Source: Candidatus Woykebacteria bacterium (GTDB taxonomy: Bacteria; Patescibacteriota; Microgenomatia; Woykebacterales; RBG-16-39-9b). Taken from it: DNA of 43,628 bases. The position numbers and the translations under genes are program-made. Position 1 is the stretch's first letter. The number at the start of each line of letters is the position of its first letter. The DNA is taken from positions 136,803-180,430 of the forward strand of contig JBBDPM010000006.1 of assembly GCA_040876345.1 (NCBI GenBank). Reading direction: 5' to 3'. Shown piece by piece: positions 8,127-16,589 of this stretch. Below the pieces are notes generated by a model, which had not been told where the DNA came from, ran no database searches, and was given only the letters and a program-made list of their open reading frames with translations.

Positions 8127-10670
8127 TTACTGTCCTCCTGTTTGAGGATTTGGTGCAGGCGGGGCTGGCTGCACTGGTTGAGGAAAAGAAGACGAAGTGT
8201 TGGGGCTAATCTGCGACGGATAGTTTGGTTCTGGTGGAGCCCCTAGAACTGCATTTTTCTGCTCAGAAGGAACCAAGGGTTCATTTAAACCAGCTCTCTC
8301 TTCGATTTCGGCTTCTACAATCTCGCGATCACGACCATAGCGCAAGCGAGATAATTCCTTTATGGAACTTGCCACTTGCTGATCCCTTTTTGCCGCTTGC
8401 ATTACAGGCCAATCAGTCTGCATGGAAAAAGGCACGGTTGGCTGCCCGGTTACTAAAAGCCTCATGTAGGCTTGGCCCACGGGATTATTTATTAAATCTT
8501 GTTTTTTGAAGACAGGGTCGAACTGATGCTCAAGATACTCGGCATCATCCACGCCCACTCTGAAAGCCGAAAGTGTCCCCACGTTTCCAAAAACCGCTTC
8601 CCGTATATTTTCCTCCCGAATTTGGGCGATAAATTGGTTGGCGACTGTCAAATTAAGATGGTATTTACGTGCTTCAGACAAAATCTGCGCAAAATCTGGA
8701 GTGGCAAAGTTTTGGAATTCATCTACGTAAAGGTAGAAGTCCCTTCGCTGCTCCTCCGGCACATCCACTCTACTCATAGCCGCGACCATTAGTCTTGGAA
8801 CCAGCACCAAACCAAGAAAGTTAGAATTTTCCTCTCCTATCTTCCCTTTCGAAAGATCCACTAGCAAAATCTTACCCTCATCCATCACCCTCCGAAAGTC
8901 AAAGGCAGATTTACCCTGACCAATAATATTGCGCATCAGTTTATCGGTAACAAATCGATCAAACTTGGACACAAAATACCCCATTACTTCACTCTTGTGA
9001 AAAGCTGTTGTTTGGGCCATTTCATCAGTCCAGTAACGACGCACCAAAGGATCATTAAGCTTTGGCAGTTTTTCCTTGACAAAATTTGGATCTGTCAGAA
9101 GCCTCAGCACTTCAACCAAAGTGTTCTCCGGCTCACACATGGCAGTTAGCATTACGTTTCGGATAGCCCTCTCTAAGCGCGGGCCCATTATTCCGGTGCG
9201 ACGCGGATCGTACAATTTGTAGAGAAGATTGATAAAGTTGTTAACAATCATGTGTTTTTGCTCTTCAGTCTTGGCTTCAATAATATTTATCCCCAGTGGT
9301 CTTTCCGTATCCCCAGCATCAAAATAAATAACATCTTCGGCTCTCTCGGGTGGAACTTGCTGCAAGATATCTTCAATGGCCGGCCCATGAGGGTCAATAA
9401 AACAGATCCCTCTGCCCTCTTTAATGTCTTGAATAGCCATAAATTTCATATACTCACTTTTTCCAGTACCAGTCTGCCCGATTACATACATGTGACGACG
9501 CCGGTCATCCGGTAAAATATGCACCTTTGTCTCGACCCCGCGGAAAACGCTCTTACCCAAATAAAGACCCTGCTGAGGAACGGCAACTGGCGCAGCGGCT
9601 TTTTTGGAAAGAAGCCAATTGATATTTGGTGTAACGACGTTTTTATTTGGTAAATGAAAAATGGTTGCAAGCTCGGTGGAGGTGAGAACCATTTTACCAA
9701 AAACAGCCGGCACCATTTTGTTAACAAAGTGCTTAAGTGATAACTTTTTTGTAAGGGTCCAGGGCCAACGGCGAGGCCGGAAACCGTTACCCACTGGATC
9801 ACTAAATTGGCCAAAAGCCCCAACCATATTTTGAATATAATGAGAGGCGTTAACCTTACCGTTTGCCGAGACCACAAACCGAATAACAGTTTCAAACCCA
9901 GGCTTTGAGCATTTTTCTTCAATTTTTTTGTAAGGATCCCCGGTGATAGACTCGGTTCTTGCTGCTGGTTGCTCGGCAGCTGCCTGCTGTGAATTTTGCG
10001 ATGGCAAGTTAAACGGAGTAATTATCCCCAGAGCCCCACCCGTTTTAACGGTCTGGGATTTATGAATATATTTAAAACCCTTACTCTGCCAAGCGCTTCC
10101 TGCTGGCGCAAACAAAATTTGTAAGACGGCCGCTTCCCCTTGCTCTAATTTGGACAAAGCGGTCGTTATTGCGTTTAAAGAATCGATATTTTCGCCCATT
10201 TCTTTAAACCGCAATATTGGTTTGTAGACGGCCGAGCGCTGACTAAACTCAACAATATCTACATATTTATCGGGACGAAAGATGGAATACTCTGGTACCG
10301 GTTCAATCTCAGCTTCCGGATAATATGAGTTAATTTGTTTTTCGACTAGTTTTTGAAGGGCCAGGGGTGTGGTTACGTAAAAATTAATCTGACCGTCCTT
10401 AACAACAATTTCAAAGCCAATGTGATCTTGCCCCTTCATCAACCCGTGAATACCGTAGCGGAAAAGAGAATGGAAGGCGGTAAACATAGTTTCGGCTACC
10501 TCAATTTTAGTTTCGTTGTAGCGAGGAACCCGCACCAAAAGCTGACTGTAATATAGAGAGCGTTTCTCCCTTTGGGAATAACGAGACCAAAATATGGCCC
10601 CCAAGACTGCTCCGATGATTACTAAAATCGTGGTTAATACAAATATGAAAAGAAAGATAATTGCTAACAA
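8127..10670 (-). CDS. TraD/VirD4/TraG-family (T4SS coupling-protein-like) membrane ATPase
   Basis: N-terminal TM helix IIFLFIFVLTTILVIIGAVLGAIFW; Walker A VIGQTGTGKSEY; Walker B YLYVDEFQNF; SEARKYHLNLTVANQ resembles the TraG-D_C region. The tail is P/Q-rich. TTG start lies 8-9 nt after a GGAGG inside the upstream gene end. Confidence 0.8.
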   Translation of the reverse strand: MLAIIFLFIFVLTTILVIIGAVLGAIFWSRYSQREKRSLYYSQLLVRVPRYNETKIEVAETMFTAFHSLFRYGIHGLMKGQDHIGFEIVVKDGQINFYVTTPLALQKLVEKQINSYYPEAEIEPVPEYSIFRPDKYVDIVEFSQRSAVYKPILRFKEMGENIDSLNAITTALSKLEQGEAAVLQILFAPAGSAWQSKGFKYIHKSQTVKTGGALGIITPFNLPSQNSQQAAAEQPAARTESITGDPYKKIEEKCSKPGFETVIRFVVSANGKVNASHYIQNMVGAFGQFSDPVGNGFRPRRWPWTLTKKLSLKHFVNKMVPAVFGKMVLTSTELATIFHLPNKNVVTPNINWLLSKKAAAPVAVPQQGLYLGKSVFRGVETKVHILPDDRRRHMYVIGQTGTGKSEYMKFMAIQDIKEGRGICFIDPHGPAIEDILQQVPPERAEDVIYFDAGDTERPLGINIIEAKTEEQKHMIVNNFINLLYKLYDPRRTGIMGPRLERAIRNVMLTAMCEPENTLVEVLRLLTDPNFVKEKLPKLNDPLVRRYWTDEMAQTTAFHKSEVMGYFVSKFDRFVTDKLMRNIIGQGKSAFDFRRVMDEGKILLVDLSKGKIGEENSNFLGLVLVPRLMVAAMSRVDVPEEQRRDFYLYVDEFQNFATPDFAQILSEARKYHLNLTVANQFIAQIREENIREAVFGNVGTLSAFRVGVDDAEYLEHQFDPVFKKQDLINNPVGQAYMRLLVTGQPTVPFSMQTDWPVMQAAKRDQQVASSIKELSRLRYGRDREIVEAEIEERAGLNEPLVPSEQKNAVLGAPPEPNYPSQISPNTSSSFPQPVQPAPPAPNPQTGGQ

Positions 10671-10671
10671 A

Positions 10672-11229
10672 CTAATAACCTCCGCCAGGGAACTTTTCCA
10701 AACGCCTTGATATCAATCTCATCTGCTCTTCTCTTATATTCTTGTACGTTTGAACAGGCACTGTATAAGGAGAGATTTCGTTAATTAATTTCTGTCCAGG
10801 CTGCGGCCAACCTGGTGGATTAGGAATTTGAGTACTTGGGACAACAGTTTCCGCGATTTGACCATTTGCTGTTTGTTGGGTTGTTTCATGTCCTGGCCTT
10901 AAACCCTCAGTTTGACGCATCTCGGACTGTTTTTGTTCTTGCACTGGAAGTCTTTGAGCTTCCTGGACAAGACTAGAACCCCCTATCTGACCTTCTGTCT
11001 GACCTTCTGAATGTGTAAGGTTTGGATGTGTTTTTTCTTCTGGTTGAGGATTCGATATTTCCTTAACCCTCTTCTCTCCTGGTCTTGGATAATCTAAAGG
11101 TTCAGGCACTGGGGATCGTCCCTCACCAAATGGTTGACCCTGATTTTGAAAATCCTGAGCACTCTCAACCTCAGGAATTAAATGGGTTTCAGGAATAGAA
11201 GTAGTACCCTCTTGGGCAGGGATATTCAT
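10672..11229 (-). CDS. Pro/Gln/Glu-rich intrinsically disordered protein (185 aa)
   Basis: First gene of the minus-strand operon, with low-complexity composition. The N-terminus MNIPAQEG matches MLIPAQGV of the giant protein. Only the last ~40 aa look ordered (YTVPVQTYKNIREEQMRLISRRLEKF). Confidence 0.6.
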   Translation of the reverse strand: MNIPAQEGTTSIPETHLIPEVESAQDFQNQGQPFGEGRSPVPEPLDYPRPGEKRVKEISNPQPEEKTHPNLTHSEGQTEGQIGGSSLVQEAQRLPVQEQKQSEMRQTEGLRPGHETTQQTANGQIAETVVPSTQIPNPPGWPQPGQKLINEISPYTVPVQTYKNIREEQMRLISRRLEKFPGGGY

Positions 11230-11238
11230 AGTAATTCA

Positions 11239-11290
11239 ATTTTAACACCCTTGCTTTTTTGTTGCAATTTTTCTTAATAGAGGTTAGATT
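11239..11290. promoter_or_regulatory. back-to-back divergent promoters sharing one palindromic -35 hexamer
   Basis: TTGCAA (11262-11267) is its own reverse complement. On the plus strand it gives TTGCAA-17-TAGATT (11285-11290). On the minus strand it gives TTGCAA-17-TAAAAT (11244-11239, with a TGt extension), 9 nt before the ATG at 11229. Confidence 0.5.
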
Positions 11291-11333
11291 TTTAATGCGT
11301 CCTTATGACGGGGTGGGAGAAAGGAGTCTCCCA

Positions 11334-11669
11334 GTGAAAAAAAGCTCTTGGTTGGACATGATCGTGACGGAGGTTGAGGCTGAGGTTTGGAGATTGCGGT
11401 TCGACCCAGATCGCCTGTTAACCCAATCTCAAATAGCAGCTGAGACCGGTCATAAATCGGTAGGAAACCAACTAACCTCGGCTTTGAGAAGGCTCCAAGC
11501 ACGAGGTCCTGGTCTTCCACCAAGCTCGGAGGAGCAAGAGCTTATCGATCTGGCATTGCTTGCTACCGGGGCGAAGAATTTGGAACAAGCGTATCAGACC
11601 AGAAACGAGCAGGTAAGACGCCTCTCACTGGCAACCAGGCACAGGATCTTCCACGATTCGCAGCGCTGA
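11334..11669 (+). CDS. small GC-elevated HTH protein (islet gene P2), candidate divergent regulator
   Basis: GTG at 11334 is preceded by AAGGAG (11321-11326), which forms the loop of a 6-bp hairpin GGGAGA/TCTCCC (11315-11332). An alternative in-frame ATG lies at 11295. The HTH-like segment is LLTQSQIAAETGHKSVGNQLTSALRRLQ. A hairpin AGCGCTGA/TCAGCGCT (11662-11690) spans the stop. Confidence 0.5.
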   Translation: MKKSSWLDMIVTEVEAEVWRLRFDPDRLLTQSQIAAETGHKSVGNQLTSALRRLQARGPGLPPSSEEQELIDLALLATGAKNLEQAYQTRNEQVRRLSLATRHRIFHDSQR

Positions 11670-11695
11670 GAGTAGCCCCCTTTCAGCGCTAATTC

Positions 11696-11724
11696 TTTAC
11701 TAAACTCGAATCCTTTGGTATAAT
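11696..11724 (+). promoter_or_regulatory. extended -10 promoter upstream of rpmE
   Basis: TTTACT (11696-11701), 17-nt spacer, then TGgTATAAT (11716-11724). Confidence 0.5.
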
Positions 11725-11740
11725 CCGCACGAGGTGCGTC

Positions 11741-12058
11741 ATGCGGACTAAATCCTCGATTATGAAAAAAGAAATTCATCCAACATATTTTCCGGAGGCC
11801 CAGGTAGTTTGTTCTTCTTGTGGCAACCGTTTCACGCTAGGCTCTACCAAGCCGGAAATTCACGTGGAAGTTTGTAACAATTGTCATCCTTTTTACACTG
11901 GGGAGGCAAAATTTATTGATACCGAAGGAAGAGTCGAGCGCTTCCAAAGAAGGGCAACATCCAAACAGGAACCAAAGCTAAAAAAGACTCCCGAAAAGAA
12001 AGAGACAGAGAGACCTCAAAGCCTCAAAGAAATGCTTCAATTTATCGAAAAGGGTTAA
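11741..12058 (+). CDS. rpmE: 50S ribosomal protein L31 (Zn-ribbon type) with Lys-rich C-terminal extension
   Basis: [15 protein letters not shown]...[10 protein letters not shown]. The ATG at 11741 has GAGGTG 4 nt upstream. An alternative start at 11762 (MKKEIHP) matches the usual L31 N-terminus. Confidence 0.85.
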   Translation: MRTKSSIMKKEIHPTYFPEAQVVCSSCGNRFTLGSTKPEIHVEVCNNCHPFYTGEAKFIDTEGRVERFQRRATSKQEPKLKKTPEKKETERPQSLKEMLQFIEKG

Positions 12059-12075
12059 ACTCCAATCTAGCGAAA

Positions 12076-12993
12076 ATGGAATATCTTAAACGCCAAATCG
12101 AGGAAGTCGACAAAAAAATACAGGAAGCTAAAAAACTTCTGGATGACCCTTCCCTTTCTTCATTGGCCACCGAAGAAGTGAAAAAACTCTCTCAAGAAAA
12201 GGAAAATCTTGAAAAATCTATCAATCAAGAAGCGAAAAAACCCTCAGAAAATCTAGATGCCCACGATGTAATCATTGAGATAAGAGCAGCTGCCGGAGGC
12301 TCAGAAGCTGGTCTTTTTGCCTCTGATTTGTACAGAATGTATACTAGATTTGCTGAAGGTAAAGGCTGGAAAGTTGAACATCTCTCACTTAATGAGGGCG
12401 GTATTGGGAATATAAAAGAGGTCACTTTCAGAATTTCCGGCCAAGGCGCCTATGGAAACCTAAAGTATGAGTCTGGTGTGCACCGAGTTCAAAGAGTACC
12501 AACTACGGAATCAAGTGGCCGAATCCACACCTCCACTACCACAGTTGCGGTTTTACCCCAGCTTGAAGATAAAGAGTTTCACCTTGAGCCAACTGATATT
12601 AAACTTGATACTTTTCACGCTTCCGGGCACGGTGGTCAAAACGTTCAAAAGGTTGAATCCGCTGTCCGCCTTACCCACATCACAACTGGAATTGTTGCAA
12701 CTTGCCAAACTGAAAGAAGTCAGTTTCAAAACAAAGAAAGGGCTCTTTCAATTCTCCGTTCCCGAGTCTATGAGCATGAGCAAGCTCAAAAAAAGGAAAG
12801 TGTAGATTCAAACAGGAAGCTGCAAGTAGGCACTGGCGACCGGGCCGAAAAAATCCGCACTTATAACTTTCCCCAGGACAGAATTACTGATCACCGAATC
12901 AATAAAAGCTGGCATCATATCGAAGAAATTTTAGATGGTAATCTTGACACCATAAGCCACGATATCGAAAAATTCCAAAGTAATGACGATTAA
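12076..12993 (+). CDS. prfA: peptide chain release factor 1 (short form)
   Basis: [17 protein letters not shown] (RF1-type PxT tripeptide region) and the GGQ motif ([15 protein letters not shown]). At 305 aa it is shorter at the N-terminus than the ~360 aa I recall for typical RF1. Confidence 0.9.
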   Translation: MEYLKRQIEEVDKKIQEAKKLLDDPSLSSLATEEVKKLSQEKENLEKSINQEAKKPSENLDAHDVIIEIRAAAGGSEAGLFASDLYRMYTRFAEGKGWKVEHLSLNEGGIGNIKEVTFRISGQGAYGNLKYESGVHRVQRVPTTESSGRIHTSTTTVAVLPQLEDKEFHLEPTDIKLDTFHASGHGGQNVQKVESAVRLTHITTGIVATCQTERSQFQNKERALSILRSRVYEHEQAQKKESVDSNRKLQVGTGDRAEKIRTYNFPQDRITDHRINKSWHHIEEILDGNLDTISHDIEKFQSNDD

Positions 12994-13720
12994 GGAGGCA
13001 CTTGCCGCCAATCCTATTGACAAAATTGAGGCAGAAATCGTCCTTTCTGGCTTACTAAGAAAAGACAGATCTTTTCTATACGCCCACCCTGAGTTTAGAC
13101 TATCAAAAACTAGAACATCTAAGTTAACAAGTAAGCTCAAGCGAAGAGAAAGAGGTGAGCCCCTTGCCTATATTTTGGGCTACAAGGAATTTTACGGCTT
13201 GAAGTTTTATGTTGATAAGAGAGTCTTAATTCCCCGTCAAGAAACGGAAGAATTGATTGAGAAAGTTTTCAACTGGATTAAGAAGAAAAATTTGACTGCT
13301 CCTAGCATTTGCGAAGTCGGTACCGGTAGTGGTTGTATTGCTGTTACGCTGGCAAAACTCGCGCCCAGTGCAAAAATCTATGCAATCGACATTGATAAGC
13401 ATGCTTTAGAAGTAGCCAAGAAAAATGCGAAACTTCACGGTGTTAGTGAAAAAATAACCTTTTTACAAGGCGACTTACTCACCCCTCTATCAGAAAAGGT
13501 TGACTTGATAGTTGCCAACCTACCATACATTCCCACAAAAAAAATCTCAAGCCTTCAAGGCGAACTCCGCGATTGGGAACCCAGAGTTGCCCTTGACGGT
13601 GGAACAGATGGTAAAGAACTTTATTTAAAGCTTTTTAAGCAAGCCATGAACTTTTTAAAACCAAGTGGAGTTATCTTTTACGAGGTTGACGGTCAGGTTT
13701 TCAAAAAATCTGGTATTTAA
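12983..13720 (+). CDS. prmC: release-factor glutamine N5-methyltransferase
   Basis: Follows and overlaps prfA by 11 nt. SAM-binding motif [11 protein letters not shown] is present. The catalytic motif reads NLPY (VANLPYIP) instead of the canonical NPPY. Confidence 0.85.
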   Translation: MTIKEALAANPIDKIEAEIVLSGLLRKDRSFLYAHPEFRLSKTRTSKLTSKLKRRERGEPLAYILGYKEFYGLKFYVDKRVLIPRQETEELIEKVFNWIKKKNLTAPSICEVGTGSGCIAVTLAKLAPSAKIYAIDIDKHALEVAKKNAKLHGVSEKITFLQGDLLTPLSEKVDLIVANLPYIPTKKISSLQGELRDWEPRVALDGGTDGKELYLKLFKQAMNFLKPSGVIFYEVDGQVFKKSGI

Positions 13721-13722
13721 CA

Positions 13723-14406
13723 TCAGGCCGTTGGCGGCTTATCCATCGGTACTTCCTCTGGCACGTAAACTTCATCTTTTCGAGACCTTTTTACCCAGTA
13801 TCGATAGCCAAAAAAGGCAACCGTCGCCACTATTATTATGTAGATAACTATTAAAATTATCCTACCAAAACTAGATTGACCTTTCGTGGTTGTCTCAGAA
13901 GTTGGTCCGCCCAAATAAAGCACTGATTCCCCTACTTCGGCTAGAGCGTCGGTGCCCTTTCCATGAGTAGCAACATTAGAGTCTACCGTGGAATCGTTTG
14001 TGAAGTCAATTTTAATTACTTCTTCTCCACCAAGCTTAGCCCTGAACTTGACAGTAGCGAAAATATCATTTCCTGAGAAATACGTTCCAGTGGCTGCAGA
14101 AAGGGCGGTTATGTTTATCTTACCCTCCCCCATTTCCTTAACGGGGTAGTTTGGATAAATTGTTCCTGGGGTGACATCGAGCGCTTCGAGCTTTTCAGGA
14201 TTATAGAGCAAACTCAAGTCTGCACCGTCAGTTGCTACCCCCTTTGTGTCAAGGTAGACATCCACGCTAAACTCCTGTCCTGCCTCAGTACTAATAACCT
14301 CCGGACTCAAGGAGAAAGACGCCGCCCAAGCCTTGTCGGCGACTATAAGTAGCAGCAGTACTCCTAAAATTGGGCCACCTAAGCCTAGGAAAATATTTCG
14401 CAACAT
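13723..14406 (-). CDS. cohesin-like domain protein, C-terminally membrane-anchored
   Basis: Signal peptide (ILGVLLLLIVADKAWA), then a beta-sandwich with a cohesin-like pattern (FSVDVYLDT..DLSLLYNPEKLEALDV..INITALS..FATVKFRAKLGG). A C-terminal TM helix (IILIVIYIIIVATVAFFGY) and a short basic tail follow. Confidence 0.6.
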   Translation of the reverse strand: MLRNIFLGLGGPILGVLLLLIVADKAWAASFSLSPEVISTEAGQEFSVDVYLDTKGVATDGADLSLLYNPEKLEALDVTPGTIYPNYPVKEMGEGKINITALSAATGTYFSGNDIFATVKFRAKLGGEEVIKIDFTNDSTVDSNVATHGKGTDALAEVGESVLYLGGPTSETTTKGQSSFGRIILIVIYIIIVATVAFFGYRYWVKRSRKDEVYVPEEVPMDKPPTA

Positions 14407-14408
14407 TT

Positions 14409-15533
14409 CTAACTTCCCACCTTTCCTAAATTCTTTATTAATATTGAATAGTCCAACGAATTAAGCACGCTGTCAAAATTCAAATCGTTCCGGCTACCTT
14501 CCGAAAAGTTCTCAAACATTATATCAACATCGGCGTTGGTTATTTTATTGTCTTTATTCAAATCCCCAAGATAGAGAGTCCCCGCCTTTATCGACGGCTT
14601 GTAATCCTTAGCCGTAAATTTGACTCTCCTAGTTAAAATTTTATCACCAGAGACTTGCAGAGTATAGGTCGCATTTTGCCTTAGGATCCCTCTCTTAACG
14701 CTGGTCCTTATCTCACCTGTTGTGTTATAAAGAGTCAGAGTCTCTTTAAACTTTGTCCCCTTGATTGAAATAGTAACCGGTAGACCACCTGAGAGCTCTT
14801 GGACGGGGTTGATAAGTATCTTAAGGAAGGTTATTGATTTATCTCCGGCTGGGGGTGGCACGGCGCTAGCACCCGAATTTGGAGAAACTATTCTTGGTGC
14901 CCGGGTGCGGGGCAGGTTTAGTGTGGGATTTGGGGTCGGCGTTGGTGTTGGTGAAGGTGGGGGTGGAACTGAAACTGTGATTGTCTTTGATTTTGACACC
15001 ACTCCTCCAGGACCAGTCGCCGTAAGAGTGTAAGTTGTGGTTGAGGAAGGTGTTACTGATCGCGACCCGGATTTTGCAACCGCCCCGATACCAGGTGATA
15101 TGCTAACCGTGTCTGCTCGATACGTTGTCCAACTAAGAGTAGTTGACTCTCCTCTTGTAATACTAGTTCTACTAGCCGATAAATTAGCGGTCGGTGGACA
15201 AGTCTCGCCTAAATGAGAATTTATTACTGCAACATCGGCACTTGTTACCGTCCCATCGCCATTAAGATCGTATTTTGGATCGTAATTTGGCTGTCCTTGA
15301 TAAATTCCAAAGTGATCAATTAGGAGATCGCGGTCTTTAGTATCAACCCGGCCATCGCCATTAAAATCGTAGCACGCTGCTGCCTGAGAAAAGCCTGTTC
15401 TTAATTGAAGAGCCGAATAAACAGTAAGGGGTATTAAGAAAAGTATTAATAATGTAGCCAGAGCTATAAAATTTTTTTGGGAGATAAGGCTTAAAAATTT
15501 ACCAACTTTTATCTCTCTGTTAGACCTGTGCAC
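14409..15533 (-). CDS. surface protein with N- and C-terminal dockerin-like modules and Ig-like middle domains
   Basis: Signal anchor followed by EF-hand-like repeats CYDFNGDGRVDTKDRDLL and YDLNGDGTVTSADVAVI bracketed by Cys. Then an Ig-like domain (GESTTLSWTT..TTTYTLTATGPGG), a Pro-rich linker, a beta domain, and C-terminal GDLNKDNKITNADVD / LNFDSVLNSLDYSILIKNL. The start codon (GTG 15533) is uncertain. Confidence 0.65.
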   Translation of the reverse strand: MHRSNREIKVGKFLSLISQKNFIALATLLILFLIPLTVYSALQLRTGFSQAAACYDFNGDGRVDTKDRDLLIDHFGIYQGQPNYDPKYDLNGDGTVTSADVAVINSHLGETCPPTANLSASRTSITRGESTTLSWTTYRADTVSISPGIGAVAKSGSRSVTPSSTTTYTLTATGPGGVVSKSKTITVSVPPPPSPTPTPTPNPTLNLPRTRAPRIVSPNSGASAVPPPAGDKSITFLKILINPVQELSGGLPVTISIKGTKFKETLTLYNTTGEIRTSVKRGILRQNATYTLQVSGDKILTRRVKFTAKDYKPSIKAGTLYLGDLNKDNKITNADVDIMFENFSEGSRNDLNFDSVLNSLDYSILIKNLGKVGS

Positions 15534-15578
15534 TCCATAATGTTATCAGTAAAGAGGCTCCCCGGTCAAAACCTAATA

Positions 15579-16577
15579 TCAATTACCTTTTCTGCCAAGA
15601 TTGGTAATTATTATGGAGTAATCTAAAGAGTTGATCACCCCGTCGAGGTTAACGTCAGAAGAGCCTTGAGCAAAGTTTGATGACAATTTTTCCAAATCAG
15701 TCTCATCAATTATGTTGTTTAAACTTATATCCCCAAGATAAATCTTTCCCATTTTTATGATTGGCTTGTAAGAAGCTGATTTAAACCTTACTTTCTTGGT
15801 TAGTATTTTTTCACCTGCTAAAACTATAGTGTAAATCTTATTTTTAACCAAAGTTTTGGCTTTAACCTTGAAGGAGAGCTTTTCCGTTTTACTAGTAAGA
15901 ATGACATTCTGCTTGAATTTAGTCTTTTCAATCAAAATTGAGGTCGTAAGATTTCCAGAAAGCTCGGGCAATGGCTCAAAAGTAAAGGTGAGAAAAGTGA
16001 TCGACGTTGAATCCACTGGCGGTGGGGCAGTTTGGGAAGACCCTGGTACAGTAGAGCTTGGCATGGCCACGGTTATTTTAACTGATTTTGTGATTACTCC
16101 GCCCGGGCCTCGGGCCGTAAGTAAATAAGTGGTTGTAGCCCCTGGCCGAACCACTTTTGATCCAGATTTAGCGACAGTCCCAAGGGAGGAAATTGAAACA
16201 CTGCCAGTGCGGGTAGTTGACCAACGAAGAGTTGAAGACTCTCCCTTATTTATTCTTGTTCGTGAGGCTCTAAAATCTGCAGTTGGCGGGCATGTATCCC
16301 CTTTATGAGCAGATATTATGGCAATATCGGCGCTTGTAATAACCCCGTCTCCATTTTGATCATATTGGGAAGGCTTTCCAAAATCCTTTTGGACTAAAGC
16401 TAGATCGTCTTCATCCACTACCCCATCGCCATTCAAATCATAGCAGGAGGCTGCCTCTGGCGCGGAAGGCCTGGCACTAAGTGTGGAGTAAACGGTCAGG
16501 GGTAAAAGCAATAAAATTAAAAAAAAGGGAATAATGAAATACTTGTTTTTCGGGGAGAGCTTTTTATCTGCCGCCAT
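15579..16577 (-). CDS. paralogous double-dockerin-like surface protein
   Basis: Same architecture as 14409-15533: CYDLNGDGVVDEDDLALV, YDQNGDGVITSADIAII, Ig-like GESSTLRWST..TTTYLLTARGPGG, and C-terminal DVNLDGVINSLDYSIIITNL. Confidence 0.65.
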   Translation of the reverse strand: MAADKKLSPKNKYFIIPFFLILLLLPLTVYSTLSARPSAPEAASCYDLNGDGVVDEDDLALVQKDFGKPSQYDQNGDGVITSADIAIISAHKGDTCPPTADFRASRTRINKGESSTLRWSTTRTGSVSISSLGTVAKSGSKVVRPGATTTYLLTARGPGGVITKSVKITVAMPSSTVPGSSQTAPPPVDSTSITFLTFTFEPLPELSGNLTTSILIEKTKFKQNVILTSKTEKLSFKVKAKTLVKNKIYTIVLAGEKILTKKVRFKSASYKPIIKMGKIYLGDISLNNIIDETDLEKLSSNFAQGSSDVNLDGVINSLDYSIIITNLGRKGN

Positions 16578-16589
16578 ATATTCTACTCT

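Noticed and set aside
9482-9922. Long antisense or alternative-frame ORFs inside confident genes (for example 9482-9922, 4980-5420, 816-1232, 462-806, 25403-25684, 21223-21603, 22214-22606, 35474-35818).
   Set aside because: Each is fully embedded in a gene with clear family motifs on the other strand or frame. They have low-complexity or Ser/Leu-rich translations and no independent start signals.
7182-11229. Calling the region a conjugative element or complete type IV secretion system.
   Set aside because: Only the coupling-type ATPase is present. The window holds no relaxase, VirB4, VirB6, VirB8-10, integrase, or flanking repeats or tRNA target.
11398-11410. T-loop-like GGTTCGA strings (also near 26672 and 32560) that could hint at tRNA or tmRNA genes.
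   Set aside because: They lie inside the GC-elevated ORFs and lack flanking acceptor, D-arm or anticodon-arm complementarity. I found no tRNA, rRNA, tmRNA, RNase P or SRP RNA signature in any intergenic gap.
14409-16577. Similarity between the two dockerin genes as possible template/variable repeats of a diversity-generating retroelement.
   Set aside because: No reverse transcriptase is in the window. The similarity extends over whole proteins at the amino-acid level, which indicates ordinary paralogy, and it is not a near-identical DNA repeat with A-specific differences.
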